Shown: positions 19,059-30,169 of the stretch, one piece after another
How the letters are laid out: each line of letters begins with the position of its first letter
Numbering within the stretch: the stretch's first letter is position 1
Assembly: GCA_965224085.1 (NCBI GenBank)
Contig: CBDCYI010000011.1
Coordinates: forward strand, 1,312,001-1,376,000
Origin: Candidatus Marinacidobacterales bacterium
GTDB taxonomy: Bacteria; Acidobacteriota; Vicinamibacteria; Marinacidobacterales; SMYC01
Direction of reading: 5' to 3'
DNA: 64,000 nucleotides
Notes under the pieces: model-generated
Told to the model about the DNA's origin: nothing
Databases searched by the model: none
What the model saw: the letters and a program-made list of their open reading frames with translations, nothing else
Program-made: the position numbers and the translations under genes

Positions 19059-22000
19059 CTAGCCCGCGCTCGGGAGGCGATCTCTCGAAAGCTCCACCGA
19101 GCCTTCGCCGCACATCGCTTCGAGGCTCGTTACCAAATCTGGTGTGGGCTCGACCCGCAAGTACGGGTGCGGGCGCATCACGACTTGGAAGTCGTCCCGG
19201 GCGAGCTCGAACTCGATGTCACATTCCCCGCGGTGATTCTCGAGAAGCTCGCGCAGATGCGGCAGCGTGTCCTCGAAAAAACCGTCGAGCGCGATGCGCA
19301 GTTTCATGGAACCGGCTTCGCGCTGGCGCACTTCGTCGAGGGGAACGATCTTACTCGCGAGCACTTTCCCCGTGTCCTCGCCGATCTCCGGTTTGCCTTT
19401 GACGAGCACAGCGACATCGTTCGAGAGGATGCCAAAGCTGTCCCGGTAGAGATCGGGAAAGACCACAACTTCGGCACTTCCGTTATGGTCTTCTAGACGC
19501 ATGACCGCCATCGCGTCGCCTTTACGCGTGCGAAGGGTACGAATGCTCACGATGAGGCCCGCGATCGCGACCTCTCCCTCCTCGCCCTTGTCGAGAAGAC
19601 TCTTCGTATCGCAGGTCGCATACATCTCCAACTCGGTTTGATAGCTGTCGAGTGGATGCCCGCTCAAGAAGAAACCGAGGGTCGCTTTCTCGTTGGCAAG
19701 AAGCTCCGACTCGCTCCACTCCGGAACGTCTGGCAGGCGGTCGAGCTCGGGGCTCCGGCGGACCCCGCCCATGTCGCCGAAAAGGCTCCCCTGTCCACTC
19801 TCCCGCTCGCGCTGCACTTGCTGGCCGTAGTCGAGCGCGCGGTCCGCGACGGCCATGAGCTGTGCGCGCCTGGCGCCAAACCCGTCGAAGCTTCCTGATT
19901 TGACGAGGCTTTCGAGCACGCGCTTGTTCACAAGCCGTAGGTCGACCTCCTCGCAAAGATCCGCCGGTGAGCCAAAGTGCCCGCGCTCTTTGCGCGCGGC
20001 GAGGATCGATTCGATGGCGGACACCCCCACGTTCTTGACGGCCGCAAGACCAAAGCGGATTTTGTCGCCGACCACGGCGAAGTCGAGCTCACTCTCGTTG
20101 ATGTCCGGGGGCAGCACTTGGAGTCCCATCCCTTTGCAAGATCCCAAATATTGCACGACCTTGTCGGTGTTCTGTTTTTCCGACGTCAGAAGCGCAGCCA
20201 TGAAGAAGACCGGATAGTTCGCTTTCAAATAGCCCGTCTGATAAGCGAGTAGCGCATAGGCTGCCGAGTGCGACTTGTTGAATCCGTAGCCCGCGAAGTG
20301 CTCCATCAAGTCGAACACTTTCCTGGCCTTTTTCTCCGGCACCTCGTTCTTCAGCGCGCCGGCTATGAACTTCTCGCGCTGGTCCTGCATGACTTCGGCT
20401 TTTTTCTTCCCCATCGCGCGGCGTAGCATGTCGGCTTCGCCGAGTGTGAAGCCCGAGAGCTTCGAGGCGATTTGCATAACCTGTTCCTGATAAACGATCA
20501 CGCCGAGCGTATCTTCGAGAATCTCCTCGAGCGCCGGTAGCTCGTAGCGGACCGCGACCTTCCCCCACTTGCGCTTGATAAAGTCGTCGATCATCCCGCT
20601 CCGGATCGGACCGGGACGGTAGAGTGCGTTGAGCGCGGTCAAATCGCCTAGCTTTTCCGGTTTGAAGCGACGCAGGATGTCGCGCATCCCCTCGCTCTCG
20701 AACTGGAAGACGCCGAAGGTATCGCCGCTGGTGAAGAGATCGTAGGTCTTCTCGTCGTCGACCGCGAGCGTGTCGAGATCGATGTGGACGCCGAGCTGAC
20801 GCGCAATCATCTTGACGCAGTTATCGATGAGCGTGAGGGTCCGAAGACCTAGGAAATCCATCTTCAGAAGACCGATATCCTCGCAGTTCCTCATGTCGAA
20901 CTGCGTCGTGATCTCACCTTTGCTCCCGCGGTGGAGGGGCAGATATTCCGTGAGCGGCTTGGGAGCGATGACGACGCCGGCCGCGTGCGTCGACGCATGA
21001 CGGCTCACGCCTTCGAGACGCTTGGCGGACTCGACGAGCTTTTGGACCTGAGGCTCGTTCGCGATCGCATCCTTGAGCTGTGGGACTTCTTCGAGCGCCG
21101 ATTCGAGCGTAGCGTCGAGAGTCGCCGGAATCATTTTCGCGATGCGGTCGACATCGCCGTAAGGGATGTCGAGTACGCGGCCGACATCGCGGATCACAGC
21201 GCGCGCTTTCATCGTCCCGAACGTGATGATCTGGGCGACGTTGTCCCGGCCATATTTCTCCGTCACGTAGTCGATGACCTCGGCGCGCCGCGCCTCGCAG
21301 AAATCGATATCGATATCCGGCATGGTTAGGCGCTCAGGATTCAAAAAGCGCTCGAAGAGAAGGTCGTGCTCGAGTGGATCGATGTCGGTGATGCGCAAGC
21401 AATATGCGACGAGGCTCCCCGCCGCCGAGCCGCGCCCCGGTCCGACCGGAATTCCTTGCTCGCGGGCGAAGCGAATGAAATCCCAAGTGATGAGGAAGTA
21501 GCTCGGAAAGCCCATCTTGCGGATGATGCCGAGCTCGCGTTCGAGTCGTCGGTCGTAGTCGGAGCGGGAGTGCCGCCCGAGCTCTTCGATCGCCCGGCCG
21601 TGCAAGCGCCAGCGATCGGCCAATCCTTCCTGTACGACGCGCTCGAAATAGCTGTCGACGCTGTCCCCTTCGGGCACTTCGAAGCGAGGCAGCTGGAAAC
21701 CCTCGCGCTCGAGGCTTACGTCCACGCGTGCCGCGATGGCGAGTGTGTTGTCATAGGCTTCCTGGTAGCCCTGAAAAAGCGCCCCCATCTCCGCGGACGA
21801 TTTGAAATAGAACTGATCGCCTGGATAGCGCATGCGGTGCTCGTCGGCGACTTTCTTGCCGGTTCCGATACAGAGCAGAATGTCGTGTGCTTCGGCGTCT
21901 TCACGGCTGATGTAGTGGCAATCGTTGGTCGCGACAGTAGCGAGGCCTTCCTTGCGGGCGAGCTCCATCAAGCTCGTATTCACCGTCGTTTCATCTGCAA

Positions 22001-22550
22001 GGCCCAAATCGTGATCTTGAATCTCGAGAAAGAAATTATTCTCGCCGAAAATGTCGCTATAAACGCCAGCCGCCTTCATCGCTTTCGGCAAATCACCACG
22101 AAGCGCCGCTTGGGGAACCTCGCCTTTCAAACAGGCCGAGAGACCAATGAGCCCCTTAGAATGTTCGGCGAGAAGCTCCTTGTCGATCCGTGGCTTGTAG
22201 TAGAAGCCTTCGAGAAAACCCGCCGAGACGAGCTTGACGAGGTTGCCATAGCCCTCGTTGCTCTCCGCAAGTAATACGAGATGGTTATTGGTATCCGCAA
22301 CACTCCCGTTAGGGGATTTGTCGAAGCGACTCCCGGGCGCGACATAGATCTCGCATCCAAGAATGGGTTTGACGCCGGCTTTCTTGGCCGCGTTGTAGAA
22401 ATTGACGGCACCAAACATGTTCCCATGATCCGTGAGCGCCACCGCCGGCATCTCGTAGCGCGCCGCAAGCTCGACGATCTGCCCCACACGGCTAGCCCCA
22501 TCGAGCAGCGAAAAATCACTGTGATTGTGGAGATGTACAAACGGCCGCAT
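19059..22550 (-). CDS. dnaE: DNA polymerase III alpha subunit
   Basis: PHP HLHNHSDFSLLDG; GRGSAAGSLVAY; PDIDIDF; YGFNKSH. Confidence 0.98.
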   Translation of the reverse strand: MRPFVHLHNHSDFSLLDGASRVGQIVELAARYEMPAVALTDHGNMFGAVNFYNAAKKAGVKPILGCEIYVAPGSRFDKSPNGSVADTNNHLVLLAESNEGYGNLVKLVSAGFLEGFYYKPRIDKELLAEHSKGLIGLSACLKGEVPQAALRGDLPKAMKAAGVYSDIFGENNFFLEIQDHDLGLADETTVNTSLMELARKEGLATVATNDCHYISREDAEAHDILLCIGTGKKVADEHRMRYPGDQFYFKSSAEMGALFQGYQEAYDNTLAIAARVDVSLEREGFQLPRFEVPEGDSVDSYFERVVQEGLADRWRLHGRAIEELGRHSRSDYDRRLERELGIIRKMGFPSYFLITWDFIRFAREQGIPVGPGRGSAAGSLVAYCLRITDIDPLEHDLLFERFLNPERLTMPDIDIDFCEARRAEVIDYVTEKYGRDNVAQIITFGTMKARAVIRDVGRVLDIPYGDVDRIAKMIPATLDATLESALEEVPQLKDAIANEPQVQKLVESAKRLEGVSRHASTHAAGVVIAPKPLTEYLPLHRGSKGEITTQFDMRNCEDIGLLKMDFLGLRTLTLIDNCVKMIARQLGVHIDLDTLAVDDEKTYDLFTSGDTFGVFQFESEGMRDILRRFKPEKLGDLTALNALYRPGPIRSGMIDDFIKRKWGKVAVRYELPALEEILEDTLGVIVYQEQVMQIASKLSGFTLGEADMLRRAMGKKKAEVMQDQREKFIAGALKNEVPEKKARKVFDLMEHFAGYGFNKSHSAAYALLAYQTGYLKANYPVFFMAALLTSEKQNTDKVVQYLGSCKGMGLQVLPPDINESELDFAVVGDKIRFGLAAVKNVGVSAIESILAARKERGHFGSPADLCEEVDLRLVNKRVLESLVKSGSFDGFGARRAQLMAVADRALDYGQQVQRERESGQGSLFGDMGGVRRSPELDRLPDVPEWSESELLANEKATLGFFLSGHPLDSYQTELEMYATCDTKSLLDKGEEGEVAIAGLIVSIRTLRTRKGDAMAVMRLEDHNGSAEVVVFPDLYRDSFGILSNDVAVLVKGKPEIGEDTGKVLASKIVPLDEVRQREAGSMKLRIALDGFFEDTLPHLRELLENHRGECDIEFELARDDFQVVMRPHPYLRVEPTPDLVTSLEAMCGEGSVELSRDRLPSAG

Positions 22551-22645
22551 AAAATTCTCAGTCCTCAGCCGTCAGCGACGTTCTTGACAAGACGCGTGGT
22601 AGCCGATAACCGGCAGCTCGTAGCGACACTGAAAACAACTCCACC

Positions 22646-24184
22646 TCACTCCCATTCAATGGTGGAAGGCGGTTTCGAAGAAATATCATAGACCACCCGG
22701 TTGATACCGTGGACTTCGCCGGTGATGCGGCTAGAGATTCGCTCGAGAAGCTCCAGTGGCAATCGCGCCCAATCCGCGGTCATGCCGTCGCGGCTTTCGA
22801 CGGCGCGAATCGCGAGCACGTGCTCATAGGTACGCGCATCCCCCATGACCCCCACGGTCCGGATCGGCAGAAGCACGCCGAACGACTGCCACATGTCGTG
22901 GTAGAGCCCAGCTTTCTTGATCTCGCTCACGAGGATATCGTCCGCTTCTCTCAAGAAATCGAGGCGCTCTCGCGTCACTTCCCCGAGAACGCGGATCGCA
23001 AGGCCCGGGCCCGGAAAAGGCTGCCGGAACAATAGCTCGTCGTCGAGGCCGAGCTCACGGCCGAGCTCGCGCACTTCGTCCTTGAAGAGCTCGCGCAACG
23101 GCTCCACGAGCTCGAACTTCAAGCGCTCCGGAAGTCCGCCCACATTGTGATGGCTCTTGATGACGTGGGATGGTCCTTTGACCGATACACTCTCGATGAC
23201 GTCGGGGTAGAGGGTCCCTTGCACAAGGAAACGGGCATTGGGGATCGAGGCCGCTTCTTCGGTGAAGACGTCGATAAACTCACCCCCGATGATCTTGCGC
23301 TTTTGCTCCGGATCGATGACCCCGTCGAGCTTTTTGAGGAAGCGCTCGGATGCGTCGACAGCAATGACTTTGAGTGACAGCTTCTTCGAGAAACGCTTCA
23401 TCACTTGGGCAGCTTCGTTTTTTCGAAGTACGCCGTTATCTACGAAAATACAGGTCAACTGGTCGCCGACCGCCCGATGTGTGAGCGTCGCCGCGACCGA
23501 CGAGTCGACGCCGCCAGAGAGTGCACAGACGACATGGTCGCTCCCGACGCGATCGCGAATCCGTTGGATGGCCTCTTCGCTGTAGGAGCTCATGCGGAAG
23601 TCGCCGCGAAGCCCGCAAATCGCGAACGCGAAGTTACGAAGGATTTCCGTCCCGTGCTCCGTATGCGCCACTTCGGGATGAAACTGCACACCGTAGTGAC
23701 CGGCATCCGCGTTCTCGAACGCGGCGACAGGCGCAGCGTCGGAGCTCGCGGTCAAGTGAAAGCCTTCGGGAAGGGTCTCGATGCGGTCGCCATGGGACGC
23801 CCAGACTTTGAGCTCGGATCCGACATCTTTGAACAGCGCGCTTGCGTTGCGACACGCGATCACAGCGTGCCCGTACTCGCGATGTTGTGCCGGGCGAACG
23901 TCGCTGCCCAACACTTTCGCCATCAGCTGCATCCCATAGCACACACCAAGTGTCGGGACGCCGAGGCCGAAGACCTCTTCTTGGCAATGCGGGGCCCCTT
24001 CGGCATAGACGCTCTCCGGCCCCCCTGACAAAATGACTCCACGTACGTGCGCACCGTCGAGCCTCGACGTGGGGGTCGAAAATGGCAAGATCTCGCAGTA
24101 TACGGAGAGTTCCCGCAGGCGGCGCGCGATGAGCTGGGTATATTGGGAGCCGAAGTCTAAGATAAGGATAGTGTCTTGAGCCAT
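22646..24184 (-). CDS. guaA: GMP synthase (glutamine-hydrolysing)
   Basis: [15 protein letters not shown]; QFHPEV; SGGVDS; KPPSTIEWE. Confidence 0.98.
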   Translation of the reverse strand: MAQDTILILDFGSQYTQLIARRLRELSVYCEILPFSTPTSRLDGAHVRGVILSGGPESVYAEGAPHCQEEVFGLGVPTLGVCYGMQLMAKVLGSDVRPAQHREYGHAVIACRNASALFKDVGSELKVWASHGDRIETLPEGFHLTASSDAAPVAAFENADAGHYGVQFHPEVAHTEHGTEILRNFAFAICGLRGDFRMSSYSEEAIQRIRDRVGSDHVVCALSGGVDSSVAATLTHRAVGDQLTCIFVDNGVLRKNEAAQVMKRFSKKLSLKVIAVDASERFLKKLDGVIDPEQKRKIIGGEFIDVFTEEAASIPNARFLVQGTLYPDVIESVSVKGPSHVIKSHHNVGGLPERLKFELVEPLRELFKDEVRELGRELGLDDELLFRQPFPGPGLAIRVLGEVTRERLDFLREADDILVSEIKKAGLYHDMWQSFGVLLPIRTVGVMGDARTYEHVLAIRAVESRDGMTADWARLPLELLERISSRITGEVHGINRVVYDISSKPPSTIEWE

Positions 24185-24288
24185 CGATTGTCGCCCGAGG
24201 CCGGGAATTATAGTCATCCCCTTTCGGAATCACAAGACCTAGAGGCTCAGGAATTTGTCATGTCAACATATTGTGCTTTCGCTATAAA

Positions 24289-25917
24289 ATGACGACACCC
24301 GTGATCGGCAGATGGATGCTTCTCCTCACACTCCTGGCACCGCGTTTTGTCGCGGCCCAGCCGCCTCAAACGACGGAGGCGGCGGAGGCGACTGCCGAAA
24401 CCGGTGATTCTGAAACAAAGGCCGCCGCGGGAGAGGGCGATCTCCCCGCTACCGACGAGATCCCAGTCGAGGCACCTCCACCACCGAAACCTCCCGACGG
24501 TCTATTACCGGTGATGGAGCTCGCTCGGTTCGAATTTGCCCCGACGGACCGTCCGAAACCTCTACTCCACGGACGGGTCCTGCTCGTCGTCAGTGCATCC
24601 GGCTTCGTGGAGGCACACGACGCCGAGACGGGCGAGTTCGCGTGGAAACTCGGTCTCCCTGGAGAAGAGCTCTACGACCCCGTCGTTTTCGAGCCCGTCA
24701 AGGTAGACGAAGGCCCGGAGGCTCCCTTCGCGATTTTGCTCTCCGAACCCTCGGGTCACTTAATGGTCATCGACGGGCGAACCGGCGACATCCGACAAGA
24801 GATGCGCCTTCCCTTCGAGCTCGCACTGCCGCCCGTGCGCGGCCCAGAACAGATTCTATTCCTCGCCACGCCGTCCGGCGATATCTTCGCCTACGATCTC
24901 GAGCGGCGCGAGGTGGTGTTTCAAACCGCGACCGACGAGCCCCCGCTTGCGCTCGCGAGTACGGAAACTCTGTTGATCGTGTCCGGAGGCTCGCAAGAGC
25001 TGACAGCCATCGACCTCCCGTCCGGGAACTTGCGATGGAGCTTCGTCGGCCGGGCCGCTTTTCACGCGCCCGCTGCATTCGGGAGCGACGGCGAGCGCGT
25101 TTATATCGGCGACGACACGGGCGGGTTCTATGCGCTCGAGGCGTCGAGCGGCAAGGTTAAGTTTCGATGGTCGACGGGCGCGGCCATCCGCTCTCAGGCA
25201 CTCGTCGAGGGGAAGCGCGTTTATGTCGCGACCTTCGCGAACGCCGTCTACGCCTATCACGCGGCCAATGGCCACGAACAGTGGCGCTCGAATCTTCCCG
25301 GACGGCCCGCGACGCCGCCTTTTCGCGTCAACCAGCGACTGATGATCGCCACACTCGATGGATTGCTCGTCGAGTTGAACCCCGCGGGCGGCATCATCGG
25401 GAAACGCTACACGGCGCCCGGCGAGGTCGTGCACGCGCCCTCCTTCTATCTCGCGAAGCCCTCCCCAGAGGAACTCGACGCCGAGCTTCAAGCCGGGCTC
25501 GCCGAAGACGAGGACGGTGACGAAGACGACACGCTCGCACGAGTCGTCAACGATCCGCTGGCGCCACAGGATTCGAACTTCTTCGATCGGCTAGGGATGA
25601 CGGCCGACGAGCCCGAGATGGTCTTCGACGAAGATGCTGCCGACGCTCTCGCAGACGGCGAGAGTCTGGAGGACGCTCTTTTGGACGACGCGGAGGCGCT
25701 GCCGCCGCGCGAGCCTATGTGGTTCGAACGCTCGCGAATCGCCCTCTCCCTTCGAAACGGTGCGGTGCTCCTGCTCCAGCATCAAGTGCCCGGAGCCACA
25801 CCACCAGAAGCGACGGAAGAGCTTCCCGCGCCCGCCGAGGCAACTCCCGCACCAACGGAAACACTGCGCCCACCCCGTGTGCCCACGAAAGGACGCTCCC
25901 CCTCAGCGCAAAACTGA
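24289..25917 (+). CDS. PQQ-like beta-propeller repeat secreted protein (BamB-like) with acidic and Pro-rich regions
   Basis: Signal peptide; repeated A-x-D-xx-T/SG-xxx-W motifs. Confidence 0.75.
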   Translation: MTTPVIGRWMLLLTLLAPRFVAAQPPQTTEAAEATAETGDSETKAAAGEGDLPATDEIPVEAPPPPKPPDGLLPVMELARFEFAPTDRPKPLLHGRVLLVVSASGFVEAHDAETGEFAWKLGLPGEELYDPVVFEPVKVDEGPEAPFAILLSEPSGHLMVIDGRTGDIRQEMRLPFELALPPVRGPEQILFLATPSGDIFAYDLERREVVFQTATDEPPLALASTETLLIVSGGSQELTAIDLPSGNLRWSFVGRAAFHAPAAFGSDGERVYIGDDTGGFYALEASSGKVKFRWSTGAAIRSQALVEGKRVYVATFANAVYAYHAANGHEQWRSNLPGRPATPPFRVNQRLMIATLDGLLVELNPAGGIIGKRYTAPGEVVHAPSFYLAKPSPEELDAELQAGLAEDEDGDEDDTLARVVNDPLAPQDSNFFDRLGMTADEPEMVFDEDAADALADGESLEDALLDDAEALPPREPMWFERSRIALSLRNGAVLLLQHQVPGATPPEATEELPAPAEATPAPTETLRPPRVPTKGRSPSAQN

Positions 25918-26064
25918 AGAGTTTTGTGTCCCTTTTGACCGGAGATTGTCCCCTTCTTTGGAGGCCGAGAGGTCCAGGCCAGCTTTCGGGTTGGTACGAA
26001 ATGTGCCAGAGACCTATCCGGTCGAGAAGCTTCCAAAATACAGTGGCTTTGACACTTCTGTCAC

Positions 26065-26625
26065 ATGAAGGCTAACATGGAACAAATCATGAGAAGGCAG
26101 GCAGTTTTCGTCATATTCGGGCTGGTCTTTGCCAGCGCCGTCGCCTATGGCCAAAGGCCGAAATATCTCGAGAACCTCGAGCGGCTCATCAACAAGGCGC
26201 ACGCTCCCGAAGAAAAGACCGATGAGGAGGCCGAGGATTTTGAAGCCGACGATTTGTTGGTCGAACGGGCCATCGATTGCGTGGGCCGGGCTTTCGCCCG
26301 AGGCGAGGCGAGGGAGCTTGGGGATTGTCTGACGAAAAAGCCGAGAGTCTATCTTTCGGTCGAAGCCGGCGGCAAGAAAGCCGACAACTACGGAACGAGC
26401 CAGCTGAAGTTCATCTTCGATCAGATCTTCCGAGAAGTGAAGACGCAGTCCTTTCGGTACGACTCGCGCGATGTCGAGCGTTTCAAAGACATTGCGATGC
26501 TGACGGCAGAGTGGACCTATGTCATCTTGGATAAAGACGAAGAGGTCACCGAGTATTTGCAGTTCACGCTCGAAAAGGACGAGTCGGCCTGGAGGGTTTT
26601 CGAGATTCGCTCTGTGTCCCGCTAG
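26065..26625 (+). CDS. Secreted hypothetical protein (NTF2-like / DUF4783-like)
   Basis: Signal peptide; NTF2-like pattern ending in WRVFEIR. Confidence 0.55.
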   Translation: MKANMEQIMRRQAVFVIFGLVFASAVAYGQRPKYLENLERLINKAHAPEEKTDEEAEDFEADDLLVERAIDCVGRAFARGEARELGDCLTKKPRVYLSVEAGGKKADNYGTSQLKFIFDQIFREVKTQSFRYDSRDVERFKDIAMLTAEWTYVILDKDEEVTEYLQFTLEKDESAWRVFEIRSVSR

Positions 26626-26674
26626 ACTCGAGCTGTTTCACGGGCTAGGCTTTGGCTAAGGGTCCAGGGCCTGG

Positions 26675-27367
26675 ATGAAAGCCTTTTTCCGCTATTCGCT
26701 GCTCCTTCTCTCGCTCCTTCTTTTTGCGCTCGTCGTCGCCGACCTGCGCGCTGAGTTCCAGTATCTCGCCGAGGCGAGCGCTTGGATCTTGGTCGCGCTG
26801 GGCGCAGTCAGCCTCGTGGGGGTAAAACGCGCGTGGCCGAACCAGTCGGCCGGGCGCAGCGTAGTCGTGCTTCTGCTTTTCGGAGCTCTCTTGGCGCTCC
26901 TCGTACGAACGCTCGGCTACGAACGCGCCGCGCTCCGATCGGTCGCGGTGTGGGAAAGCGCTCGAAAAAGCGAGGGCGAGCGGATCGCCACCAAAGTCTC
27001 ATCCCAGTTCGAAGCGATTTGCGCCACTGCACGACGAGCCGCGCGTCAGCTCGCACGCTCATCCGTGATGGAGAACGCGCTCCATGCGTTGAACGGCGAA
27101 GGCGATGTCGCCATTTACGTGACGAAGAAAAAGATGAACGGAAGCGGCTTCGTAGAGATCGTCGTCTCCGATACCGGCGTCGGTATCGACCCGGAGCTCC
27201 GCGAGCGGATCTTCGAGCCTTATTTCTCCACGCGCGCAGCAGGCACCGGCCTCGGCCTCGCTATCGCCAAGAAGGTGGTCGAAGACCACGGCGGAACGAT
27301 CACTCTTGAAAGCGAGCGCGGCCAAGGCACTAGCGTTCGAATGCTTCTTCCAAGCGTTCGGCATTAG
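26675..27367 (+). pseudogene. Sensor histidine kinase with in-frame internal deletion (TM region fused to HATPase; no HisKA domain)
   Basis: Three TM helices, then directly MENALHA (N box), DTGVGI, IFEPYFST, GTGLGL; no H-box. Confidence 0.7.
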
Positions 27368-27416
27368 TGCTCAGTGCGCGCCTTCGCGCGCCTGTCGCCT
27401 CGCTCCTCGCTCGGCG

Positions 27417-28403
27417 TTACACGCGGGCTTTCACGAACTCAACCGCAGTAGATCCTGAATCGTACGTCGTGGTATCCGCGACCGCCCAAAGCCAGAAGCC
27501 AGGCTGCGACAGCTCGATCGGACGGCGAACTCCCCCGATGTGGATCTTGTTCGAATCGGCGGCATCTACCGGGGTCGGCGACTTGGCGCCGCGCCCCGTC
27601 TCGAGCGCGAACGGAGGCTCCTGGAAGCAGGCAAGGAGGGCGCGCTGTTCGACGGGAGCTTCGAGCTCGACCCAAATCGAAGCCGCATATCCGTGGAACA
27701 CCGGTACCTGAACGAGGCTCACCGAAAGCGCGTCTTCCATGTTCGCGAGCTTCGCAGCCTCGAGGGCCACGCTCTCGGCAAGCAACATCGACCGTACGCC
27801 CGAGCCGGCGATCATCACGTTGAAAGCAACCTTCTCTTGAAACATCTCAGTCGGTGGTGGTTTGAAGCTGAGGATGTTGACGACCTGCTGATGCAGCTCT
27901 CTCGCGCCGGCATCGCCTTGAACGCCCGCGGGCAGCAAAATGGTCGCGCTCGCGGACACCGCCGAAAGAGACTCCCGGGCGCGACGAAGAGTGGCCCCGA
28001 CAAAATACGACGCCATTCTCGGCACGACAAAAAGCCGATCCTCTGCATCACCGGAAGCCGTGGGACCTTCCGCGCCGTGGACGACGACCGGCGCTTCGAG
28101 ACCGATGGCCCCTTCGACGAGCGAGAGAATACCGTCGCCGCTCGCATCGACGGCCAGCCGGTTGAAGAGATCGCTTTCCTGCCCGGCGAAAAAAATCACA
28201 TCGAGATTCGTGAAGAGATCCGGATCGAGGGGTTGTGTTACCACCACATCATCTTGAAACTGCGTGAGCGTCGCTTCACCTTCGATCTCGCTCTCGAAGA
28301 GCTTCAGCTCGATGACCGAGAGAGACCCTTCGGAGAGCAGGGAGCGTACGCGGCTCCCGAAGGGGCTTCGCGGGTTAACGACGCCGACGCGAAGCCCCCT
28401 CAT
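27417..28403 (-). CDS. Aspartate-semialdehyde dehydrogenase-like (Usg-like) protein, degenerate
   Basis: ELHQQ, VAFNV, VQVPVFHG, IHIGGVRR and FWLWAVAD present; GATG and NPNC motifs lost. Confidence 0.75.
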   Translation of the reverse strand: MRGLRVGVVNPRSPFGSRVRSLLSEGSLSVIELKLFESEIEGEATLTQFQDDVVVTQPLDPDLFTNLDVIFFAGQESDLFNRLAVDASGDGILSLVEGAIGLEAPVVVHGAEGPTASGDAEDRLFVVPRMASYFVGATLRRARESLSAVSASATILLPAGVQGDAGARELHQQVVNILSFKPPPTEMFQEKVAFNVMIAGSGVRSMLLAESVALEAAKLANMEDALSVSLVQVPVFHGYAASIWVELEAPVEQRALLACFQEPPFALETGRGAKSPTPVDAADSNKIHIGGVRRPIELSQPGFWLWAVADTTTYDSGSTAVEFVKARV

Positions 28404-29161
28404 GTCTCTTTCGCGTCCGCTTGCTCCGCTGCCGGGGCTTTCGGAACCCTGACAAGAGACGAGATTTTCAAGACAAACCCGCTCACAAGGTAGGTCGATG
28501 CCATGATCAAAAGCATCGCTTGAGGATGCGTGAAGACGGCGACAATGAGAAATGCGAGGAACAAGATCGTGAGATGCGGCTGCCGGCGGCGGAGATCGAA
28601 ATCCTTGAAGCTGTAATAGCGCATCTTGCTCACCATCAGAAGCGATAGTACGAGCACGAGCACGAGCAACGGGAGCGCCTGCGAGCGTGACGTCACGGGC
28701 TCCGGAAAGCGATAGACGAGCGACGCGATGACGGCCGCGGCAGCCGGGATCGGAAGGCCGACAAAAAAGCGCTTGTCCGCCGACGATTGCTGTATGTTGA
28801 AGCGCGCGAGACGCATCGCACCGCAAATCACGAACAGGAATCCGATGAGCCACCCCATGCGGGGCCACAAGCTCATCCCCCACTCGTGGGCGAGCACCAC
28901 CGGAGCAACGCCGAACGACGTCTGGTCAGCGAGAGAGTCGAACTCTTTGCCGAATTGGCTGCTCGCGTTGGCGAATCGGGCCACGCGACCGTCGAGCGTA
29001 TCCATGAGGATGCCGAGGCCTATCAAGATCCCAGCGAGCGCGAGCTCGCCCCGGATGCTGCTGATGATGGAGTAGAAGCCGCAGAAAACATTCGCGACGG
29101 TGAACGCGGTCGGCAGAAGATAAATCCCTCGGCGCGGCAGCTTGGCGTTTCGACCCTTCAT
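28400..29161 (-). CDS. pssA: CDP-diacylglycerol--serine O-phosphatidyltransferase
   Basis: DTLDGRVAR...FGKEFDSLAD...SFGVAP; RLARFN; FVGLPIP. Confidence 0.94.
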   Translation of the reverse strand: MKGRNAKLPRRGIYLLPTAFTVANVFCGFYSIISSIRGELALAGILIGLGILMDTLDGRVARFANASSQFGKEFDSLADQTSFGVAPVVLAHEWGMSLWPRMGWLIGFLFVICGAMRLARFNIQQSSADKRFFVGLPIPAAAAVIASLVYRFPEPVTSRSQALPLLVLVLVLSLLMVSKMRYYSFKDFDLRRRQPHLTILFLAFLIVAVFTHPQAMLLIMASTYLVSGFVLKISSLVRVPKAPAAEQADAKET

Positions 29162-29775
29162 GGTCTCTCCGCGATTACCGTTTCGCCGCCCTTGACTCGA
29201 TCTCCTACCTTGACGCGAATCTTGATCTCCTTCGGAAGGATAATCTCCATACGTGAGCCGAACTGAATGAGACCAAAACGCTCGCCGCGCTCGAGCTCAT
29301 CGTTTTCCTCTCTCGCGCAGACGATCCGCCGCGCAACGACGCCCGCGATCTGCCGGACGATGACCGTGAAGTCTCCGTCGACGAGCTCGAGCTCGTTCTG
29401 TTCGTTCGAAATACCCGCGCCGCTGTTATAGGCAGCGAGGAACTTCCCCGGCGAATATCGGATGCGCCGCACGACCGCGTGCAGCGGCGAGCGATTGATG
29501 TGAACGTCGAAGATCGAGAGAAAAACGCTGATTTGCTGATGCTCGGGGTCGCGCTCCCCCTTACCCACGTAGACCACTTTGCCGTCGGCTGGCGAGACGA
29601 GCAGCTTTTCATCGGGCGGAGGCACCCGTTCCGGGTCGCGAAAAAAATACGCAACGAAGGCCGCGAGGACGAAAAACGGGATGGCATAGAGAGGGCTCGG
29701 GACCAAGGCGGTAACGAGGACGCCGGGGACCACGAGGATACCGATGTAGCGAAACCCCTGTCGGGCAATTTTCAT
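29158..29775 (-). CDS. psd: Phosphatidylserine decarboxylase
   Basis: FFRDPER; SPADG; DVHINRSP; FGSR self-cleavage site. Confidence 0.94.
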   Translation of the reverse strand: MKIARQGFRYIGILVVPGVLVTALVPSPLYAIPFFVLAAFVAYFFRDPERVPPPDEKLLVSPADGKVVYVGKGERDPEHQQISVFLSIFDVHINRSPLHAVVRRIRYSPGKFLAAYNSGAGISNEQNELELVDGDFTVIVRQIAGVVARRIVCAREENDELERGERFGLIQFGSRMEIILPKEIKIRVKVGDRVKGGETVIAERP

Positions 29776-29869
29776 GATTTACACCGATTGCCGGTGAACT
29801 CTCGACAGAAGCTCTGAAAATGGTGACACGGATGCCGGAATCCGTGGTCAGTGAACAGTTGGACGGTGA

Positions 29870-30106
29870 TTAGTGGCTTCGCATCATGAACGCCATCCGA
29901 TCTTTAATAACGAGCTTCTTCTTTTTGATGGTGACTTCCTCCAGCTTTTCTTCGGCACTCAAGAATCGCTGCTCCCCAAGAGCGCTCAACCGTTCATCGA
30001 GCTCGCGATGGCGCTGGAACAACTGCTGGAACTCTTCGCTCTCTCGCATGAGAACATCTTGGGCAGCGTGAGCCGGGTTGTTCATCAAGGGCTTCCCTCC
30101 TTGCAT
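29870..30106 (-). CDS. DUF465 (YdcH-like) small coiled-coil protein
   Basis: EFQQLFQRHRELD...IKKKKLVIKDRM; start may be 30085. Confidence 0.8.
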   Translation of the reverse strand: MQGGKPLMNNPAHAAQDVLMRESEEFQQLFQRHRELDERLSALGEQRFLSAEEKLEEVTIKKKKLVIKDRMAFMMRSH

Positions 30107-30169
30107 ACGGGTGCATCGGGCCGTGGTTAACTAAAAATATCACAGCCTCTTCGATGCCTGCAAGAATCT

